DNA of 64,000 nucleotides from an uncultured Candidatus Saccharibacteria bacterium. GTDB lineage: Bacteria > Patescibacteriota > Saccharimonadia > Saccharimonadales > AWTP1-31. The notes under the pieces were generated by a model, which had not been told where the DNA came from, ran no database searches, and saw nothing but the letters and a program-made list of their open reading frames with translations. Positions 58,669 to 64,000 of this stretch are shown here, in pieces (within the stretch, counting starts at the first letter, position 1; every line of letters starts with the position of its first letter). Made by a program: the position numbers and the translations under genes. The DNA is taken from positions 118,357 through 182,356 of the forward strand of contig CAZVTA010000001.1 of the NCBI GenBank assembly GCA_964629815.1, written 5' to 3'.

Positions 58669-59208
58669 CTACATAATCCAGCGTAAAGATTTTGATATGC
58701 TTTGTTTATGCCACCATGCCCGTAATCCAAGCCTTTGCTCGCTGTCAAAGGCGGCGATTGCCATAAGTACGGCAATGTATACGATATGATCGTCTACGAT
58801 AGGGTTATTTTCTGGCCACAGCATTGCTGACCACATCATGAGCAATAGTACAGATCCTCCGATTGCTGCAAGACGCACACCGATACCGCTTATCAGTGCG
58901 ATGCCAATAAGGAGGAGTCCCGCCATGAATAACACATCGACAAGTCGGTTACCTGCAAGCCCTTGATAAAAATCAGCCAGCGGGCCTTTAGTCGCAAATT
59001 TCAAAAATCCGGTCGTTGGCGAACCTCCTTCTATCCATGCCTTACTGCACATCGTCTCTATAGCTCCTGTTTTTGCGTCACGACAGGTAGCAAAGCCGAG
59101 TCCAAATAATTTGTCGAAAAATGCCCACAGAAAAATAAAACCAATGCTTATGCGTGCCAACGCAAGATATACCAGACCAAGCGGTCTATTTGTGTTCTTT
59201 TGAGCCAT
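58669..59208 (-). CDS. DoxX-family membrane protein
   Basis: LARISIGFIFLWAFFDKLFG plus further TM helices. Confidence 0.55.
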   Translation of the reverse strand: MAQKNTNRPLGLVYLALARISIGFIFLWAFFDKLFGLGFATCRDAKTGAIETMCSKAWIEGGSPTTGFLKFATKGPLADFYQGLAGNRLVDVLFMAGLLLIGIALISGIGVRLAAIGGSVLLLMMWSAMLWPENNPIVDDHIVYIAVLMAIAAFDSEQRLGLRAWWHKQSISKSLRWIM

Positions 59209-59271
59209 AACCCACTCCTTTATGCTTATGGTTTTATAGTAGGTTAAAACGGTGATTTTCTCAAGAATAAA

Positions 59272-59817
59272 TTAACGTTTTGGCCGAATAAGTGACCATA
59301 TTATTGCTGCATAAATAATAATGGTTGCTGCATAGAATAAGACTTCTCCATACAGTTCAATTTTGTAGCCTTCGTTAAAGTTCAGCACAAAATATGCAAC
59401 TGTCGTTGCAACATATGCAATTGAGGCGAAAATAGCAGTAGCATATAACGATGCCCGTGTACGTAGAGTGGCTATGGTTCCGAGAGCGAGTATGTATAGA
59501 ATAACTGCCCTGCTTGACATGCCACGCTGGGTGTAAATATTAAAGCTTGCAAAGGCTATATCTGTAAGAGTTAAAAGATATACGAGCTTTCGGTATTGTG
59601 AATCGGTTAGGTTGTTATTATGTGATTTAACCCATGCAAGTGTGGCGATGCTCAGCAAGGCGCCAATAGCGATCCATCGCCACAGTACAGCATTTGGTGT
59701 AATAAGCTTGCCGGCGTCGAACGCTATGATCTGGGCTATGTATATAACAACAAAAATTAAATGAATGCGTGTAACGCGAAGCAAAAGCGGTCTAATGTGT
59801 GAGTGGTATGACGACAT
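59272..59817 (-). CDS. hypothetical membrane protein (5 TM helices)
   Basis: 181 aa, hydrophobic. Confidence 0.4.
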   Translation of the reverse strand: MSSYHSHIRPLLLRVTRIHLIFVVIYIAQIIAFDAGKLITPNAVLWRWIAIGALLSIATLAWVKSHNNNLTDSQYRKLVYLLTLTDIAFASFNIYTQRGMSSRAVILYILALGTIATLRTRASLYATAIFASIAYVATTVAYFVLNFNEGYKIELYGEVLFYAATIIIYAAIIWSLIRPKR

Positions 59818-59855
59818 TACCTGTATTCAAGCATCAAGCTTATGCTTGTGTCAAA

Positions 59856-60767
59856 CTATTCGCCTAGATAAACCACGTTTGAAGATGAGGAACTCACAAA
59901 CCCAAGGAGCACGCCATAATTTCCTGTTTCGTTACACGGTGTATCTGTAGGTTGTTGAATGATCTTGCCTTCTTGCGGGAATAAAACAGCTGCCTGTTGG
60001 GGGTCAATATTTGGTGCCTGGTCTTCATCGGTGTTTTGGTATACCTCGTCAAAGTAGGTGCGCTGCATGGTGCTAATAATGCGCTCGATTAGTTCAGACA
60101 TGCCATCAACAGTATGTGCGACCATCTCCCAGCCAGTGCGCGAAGCAAAGCGTTCCATTAATATATTGCGAGCATAATGACTTGCTGCTTGATGCAGTAA
60201 CGCATCGTTGTCCATAATGCGCAAATCTACATTGCCGCCACGTTCTGTAAGTTCGTTGGCGATCTTCTCGTAAAAATCAACCACCTCAGCATGGCCGACA
60301 GGAAATGGGAGCTGTATAGGTGCGAGTGGATGATGAAACTGTTGTTCTATATGTCTAAATACTCGTCTTCCAGCAAATCGCCCCAACTCGTAGACGGCAG
60401 TCATACGCTGTGCAAATATGTCGCTATTCGTCTTATCGATGATAATATTTGGACTTTGAGCTAGTGCTCGAGCGGCTTGTGCTTCTATTTGTTCATGATA
60501 AAAAATTGTATCTTCTGATTTGTATCCAAGCAGATCGATTACATTTTTGCTACCTGTTGCTGCAAGTGTCCCGAGGGCGAACACGTGTGTTCTGTTGGGG
60601 CGAACTTGGGCAAGCTTTGCGGCGGAGGCGGTTTCTTCGGCGATTTCTTGCGAGACGGTGAGCTTTTTTGCGAGAAAATTTTCAATACCAAAATCGCTAC
60701 GAATGCACGCAAGCATACGTTCAATGTCGTCGCCAGTTCGAAAATGTTGCCCAGCAGAAGTATCCAT
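59856..60767 (-). CDS. hypothetical protein
   Basis: 303 aa, no recognised motif. Confidence 0.4.
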   Translation of the reverse strand: MDTSAGQHFRTGDDIERMLACIRSDFGIENFLAKKLTVSQEIAEETASAAKLAQVRPNRTHVFALGTLAATGSKNVIDLLGYKSEDTIFYHEQIEAQAARALAQSPNIIIDKTNSDIFAQRMTAVYELGRFAGRRVFRHIEQQFHHPLAPIQLPFPVGHAEVVDFYEKIANELTERGGNVDLRIMDNDALLHQAASHYARNILMERFASRTGWEMVAHTVDGMSELIERIISTMQRTYFDEVYQNTDEDQAPNIDPQQAAVLFPQEGKIIQQPTDTPCNETGNYGVLLGFVSSSSSNVVYLGE

Positions 60768-60799
60768 GCATTATTTATACAACAAAAAAAGCAATTTGT

Positions 60800-61960
60800 C
60801 TATATGTCGAGTAAGGCTTGTGCCTCAGCAATGAGCGTTGTTTCGTCTGAGGTTCTGATTGGCGTAGCAACGCGCGCGAGGGCCACTACGGTATTGTGCA
60901 GCTGAGCACGCTGCATAGCACGCTCCGATACGAGATCACCCAGAGCTAACCCAACTTTACCGCGTAGTAGTTCTATGGGGTCGCCTCGTGCATCGATCAG
61001 TGTAAGCTGCAATGCTTCTGTCTCGCGTGGCTGAAGGCGTTGTTTGACGCCATCGACGTGGTTGCGAATGTACGCTTTACCATTTGTTATATGACGTTTT
61101 AGCCTGCCATTAAATACTGCAATAAGGTGTTCTAGCTCGAGCAGTACCCCTTCCCTGATTGCGGTGCCGTCCATGGCTTTTTCGTCTTTTGACAATTGCT
61201 GTACGATGTCCTCGTATAGAACAGGTAATGCACGACCAAGCTCGACAGCAATACTGTAAGGTAATAATCCAGCATCGGTTGCAAGTCTGACTTCACAGGG
61301 TAAGTCGGCATAGTACAGCGCGCTTGTTAGATAGCCTGCGGTAATGCCATGTTTTCGTGCGAACTCTGCTTTACTTAATGGCTGGTTTGTATTTTCGGTG
61401 TGCCATCGATATGCCTCGGCATAACCACGAGCACTTCGTTCTACGGGTGGTTGCGAATGTATGTTCTCAGATATCTGCAACCCAAGAAAATCCTCAATAG
61501 AGTTTATGGGGCGAAGCTGGGTGTCTACAGGATAGCTATGAGGATCAATATCGTTATCGTTTGCAATAGTTTTGTGTGATAAAAGTCGCGAATGGCCCGC
61601 AACGACAACGATGAAGTGGTCCGGTGCATACGGCACGCATTCGTCCAGTCGTTTTTCCTCGCCCCATAGCCTGTTGGTGAAATCTATGTAAGAAGCGAGG
61701 TCGTCTTTGCATAGTATGGTAGCATCGATCGGGTTAAGCATGCCCTCGGCAAGTATACTGCCAGTAAGTGCTGCTTGCTGTCCGTTACGTTCACCTCTGT
61801 GCTGTGCAATGGTGTTGAGCACTGCGAGCGGAATAGGCTGAACCGGTATGAGCTCTTTGCATATGTCTGGCCTTTTCTCTACGATTGGTACTATTGGAAA
61901 ACGTTCCGATTCTAGCTCGGAATAGTCAGAACCAAATCCCTCAACAACTGTTAAAGCCAT
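60800..61960 (-). CDS. ParB/Srx-fold N-terminal domain protein with an HTH
   Basis: HFIVVVAGHSRLLSHK resembles the ParB-N (sulfiredoxin-like) motif. SKAEFARKHGITAGYLTSAL is HTH-like. Confidence 0.4.
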   Translation of the reverse strand: MALTVVEGFGSDYSELESERFPIVPIVEKRPDICKELIPVQPIPLAVLNTIAQHRGERNGQQAALTGSILAEGMLNPIDATILCKDDLASYIDFTNRLWGEEKRLDECVPYAPDHFIVVVAGHSRLLSHKTIANDNDIDPHSYPVDTQLRPINSIEDFLGLQISENIHSQPPVERSARGYAEAYRWHTENTNQPLSKAEFARKHGITAGYLTSALYYADLPCEVRLATDAGLLPYSIAVELGRALPVLYEDIVQQLSKDEKAMDGTAIREGVLLELEHLIAVFNGRLKRHITNGKAYIRNHVDGVKQRLQPRETEALQLTLIDARGDPIELLRGKVGLALGDLVSERAMQRAQLHNTVVALARVATPIRTSDETTLIAEAQALLDI

Positions 61961-62073
61961 GCAACCTCCACGTTAGGGTTTATTCTATGACTATAGTGAG
62001 ACACTGTCTATTGTAAAAAACACGAAATAGTAGTCTTGCCATCATGTGTGCAAGATACTAACGGCATGAGTCA

Positions 62074-62661
62074 TTATTCCTGATAACTTTCTTTATCGTC
62101 ATTATCATAGATAACTTTAATCTTATTGATTTTCACATTCTTTAGTCCACTTGTCTCCAGCGTCTTGTAGCCTTGATCGGTGCAAAAGACTGTAAAATCA
62201 TTATCTTTACTACAGTCGATATCCTTCTCAAATTTATACTCTAAAACAATACTTCTATTTCCGTTTATGGTTTTAAAGTAGACGTCGTGATCTGAACTAC
62301 TCGTGTTGGTATAGCCATCGCCCGTGTAGCCTTGTGCTTTTAGGTTTGTCATCGTTTTGTTGTATAGATTTTCAAGAGTATCATTTACCTCTAGTTCTGC
62401 GATAGCAAGCGCATCAGACGCAGTAAGGCCATCGCCATCTGGACGAGCTGTTGAATCTAACTTATAGCCCTCTAAAATAGTGATCTTATTGAGATAATTC
62501 TTGTTGGAATATGCTTGAATCCACATATAAAACGGAAAAAGTGATGCGAAAAATAACAGAAAATATAGTATTGGTGCGATGGCTATCACTAATACCACGT
62601 CTCTTAGCAGGAGTTTTTTCCCGCTGTAATTATTTGTTTTTTTGTTTGCTAATAGCTTCAT
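62074..62661 (-). CDS. hypothetical N-terminally anchored secreted protein
   Basis: A TM/signal anchor LLLRDVVLVIAIAPILYFLLFFASLF, then a soluble domain. Confidence 0.4.
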   Translation of the reverse strand: MKLLANKKTNNYSGKKLLLRDVVLVIAIAPILYFLLFFASLFPFYMWIQAYSNKNYLNKITILEGYKLDSTARPDGDGLTASDALAIAELEVNDTLENLYNKTMTNLKAQGYTGDGYTNTSSSDHDVYFKTINGNRSIVLEYKFEKDIDCSKDNDFTVFCTDQGYKTLETSGLKNVKINKIKVIYDNDDKESYQE

Positions 62662-62691
62662 ACAAAGAGTATAGCATTAATGCTTAGATCC

Positions 62692-62706
62692 GCTAGGGTG
62701 GAGGGA
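62692..62706 (-). repeat. 15-nt exact duplicate of the tRNA-Gln 3' region
   Basis: gctagggtggaggga at 62692-62706 is identical to 62866-62880 (T-stem 3' + acceptor 3' of tRNA-Gln), 155 nt downstream of the tRNA. Confidence 0.6.
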
Positions 62707-62827
62707 TGAGCGCTTTGCTACTCCCTGCGGAGCTTTCTCGAAACGAGTTTCTGCGATAGCTCCTTGTGATCTAATCCCCTAATATGCTCACATTGTTCGC
62801 TATTCGTGGTTTCAGATCTCTCAACAA

Positions 62828-62863
62828 TTCAAAAAGCCGGGCCTGATGACCCGACTCTTTGAA
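62828..62863 (-). terminator. rho-independent terminator after tRNA-Gln
   Basis: The minus strand reads GUCGGG-ucaucagg-CCCGGC followed by UUUUUG. Confidence 0.5.
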
Positions 62864-62938
62864 TGGCTAGGGTGGAGGGATTCGAACCCCCGAATGCTGG
62901 GACCAAAACCCAGTGCCTTACCACTTGGCGACACCCTA
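62864..62938 (-). tRNA. tRNA-Gln(UUG)
   Basis: The reverse complement reads TAGGGTG-TC-GCCAAGTGGTAAGGC-A-CTGGG-TTTTGGT-CCCAG-CATTC-GGGGGTTCGAATCCCTC-CACCCTA-G-CCA. Anticodon UUG. U1-A72 as in bacterial tRNA-Gln. Confidence 0.85.
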
Positions 62939-63032
62939 CTGTCGAAAGTTGTTTTGACTGGGGTGATTATAGCGTAAAAATGGTATTGTTTCAATTGCTA
63001 CATAAAAGTAGGTATACTTAAGCATATTAGAT

Positions 63033-64000
63033 ATGCGTGTAATCGAACACCAACGGATTTTGGAGCGGTATAACAAGCGAAAGATTAATCAGCGTTTGCT
63101 GCGTTGGAGTGCGGTCATAGTTGCACTGGCATTGATAAGCTTCGGTGTATTAAATACATTCTTGTACATGACGGTTGCAGATAGTGTCGTGCCCGACACT
63201 AAGCGTATTGCGTTTTCGACAGGTCAACCGCAATACGCATGGCCGGGGTACGGACAATCGGCTATCGGTGAACTTGAACAGGGTGTTATCGCGCAGCATG
63301 GTGATGGTCGCCCACGGCCGACAGCCAGTGTGGCTAAAGCAATGACGGCGCTTGCTATTGTTCGTAAAAAACCTTTGCAACCAAAGTCGCAGGGCGAGAC
63401 GTTGCAACTAACTACGGAGGACGTTGTATTTTACGATCAATATATTGCAAAGAATGGCGCAGTCGTAAGAGTAGCTAATGGCGAGAAAATTACGCAATAT
63501 CAGGGGCTTCAGGCAATGCTATTACCGTCGGCTAATAACATGGCAGATACTATGGCAACATGGGCATTTGGAAGTGTACAAAAATACACAGATTATGCCA
63601 ACACGCTCGCGGTCTCGCTGGGTATGAAGTCGACTACCATAGCAGATGCAAGTGGATTTTCTGAAAAGACTGTTAGTACTGCAAGTGATTTGGTTGTGTT
63701 AGCACAGGCGGTTCTTAAAGAGCCGGTGCTGGCCGAGATCATAAGTCAGTCCACCGCAACCATTCCGGTACATGGAACAATTAGGAACGTAAATAGCTAT
63801 TTGGGTGAAGATGGAATAAATGGCATCAAAACTGGCAACACTGATGCTGCAGGCGGCTGTTTCTTGGTGTCTGCGACTCGTAAGATGAGCGATGGATCAA
63901 CAAAAACACTGATAGCAGTCATTCTTGGTGCACCAACACGCCCACAAGCCATGAACGATAGTCTTCCCTTGCTCGACCAAGCACAAACAAGTTATAAAAA
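63033..64000 (+). CDS. D-alanyl-D-alanine carboxypeptidase (PBP5/DacA-like serine peptidase), 3' truncated by window edge
   Basis: Not in the ORF track because no stop is reached. SVAKAMTA (SxxK), PSANN (SxN) and KTGNT (KTG) motifs in the right order. N-terminal TM helix. Confidence 0.75.
   Translation, partial: MRVIEHQRILERYNKRKINQRLLRWSAVIVALALISFGVLNTFLYMTVADSVVPDTKRIAFSTGQPQYAWPGYGQSAIGELEQGVIAQHGDGRPRPTASVAKAMTALAIVRKKPLQPKSQGETLQLTTEDVVFYDQYIAKNGAVVRVANGEKITQYQGLQAMLLPSANNMADTMATWAFGSVQKYTDYANTLAVSLGMKSTTIADASGFSEKTVSTASDLVVLAQAVLKEPVLAEIISQSTATIPVHGTIRNVNSYLGEDGINGIKTGNTDAAGGCFLVSATRKMSDGSTKTLIAVILGAPTRPQAMNDSLPLLDQAQTSYK

Noticed and set aside
63150-63407. 85-aa minus-strand ORF
   Set aside because: It lies inside, and antisense to, the partial D-Ala-D-Ala carboxypeptidase gene, which has SxxK/SxN/KTG motifs.

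Overview
This 64-kb window looks like a small-genome, gene-dense bacterial chromosome segment with about 50% GC, short intergenic spacers, many overlapping start/stop codons, and many secreted or surface proteins. The overall style is consistent with a Patescibacteria/CPR (Saccharibacteria-like) organism, but that assignment is an inference. Housekeeping genes I can recognise from the translations are gltX, lysS, metK, folD, xthA, smpB, msrA, a complete F1Fo ATP synthase set, NDH-2, a UvrD-type helicase-nuclease and a partial D-Ala-D-Ala carboxypeptidase. There is also a MacB-type ABC pair, Nramp, a CorA-like transporter, an aquaporin, a sortase with an LAETG substrate, several lipoproteins, a SET-domain protein, two HNH endonucleases and VOC/NUDIX/MazG enzymes. 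RNA features are tRNA-Leu(CAA), tRNA-Ser(GGA), tRNA-Gln(UUG), a tRNA-Asn(GUU)-like gene split by a group I intron that carries an HNH homing endonuclease, and a SAM-I riboswitch with a terminator platform upstream of metK. The most unusual finding is that the F1 part of the ATP synthase operon (alpha, gamma, beta, epsilon) is interleaved with six translationally coupled ORFs of unknown function. Other notable items are partial tRNA 3'-end duplicates (att-like scars) next to tRNA-Asn and tRNA-Gln, a recurrent 12-mer directly upstream of three secreted-protein genes, and a surface-protein gene whose signal peptide is displaced by a homopolymer frameshift. No CRISPR array, rRNA or tmRNA was seen. 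Coordinates for features I located by reading the sequence, rather than taking from the ORF track, may be off by 1-2 nt.
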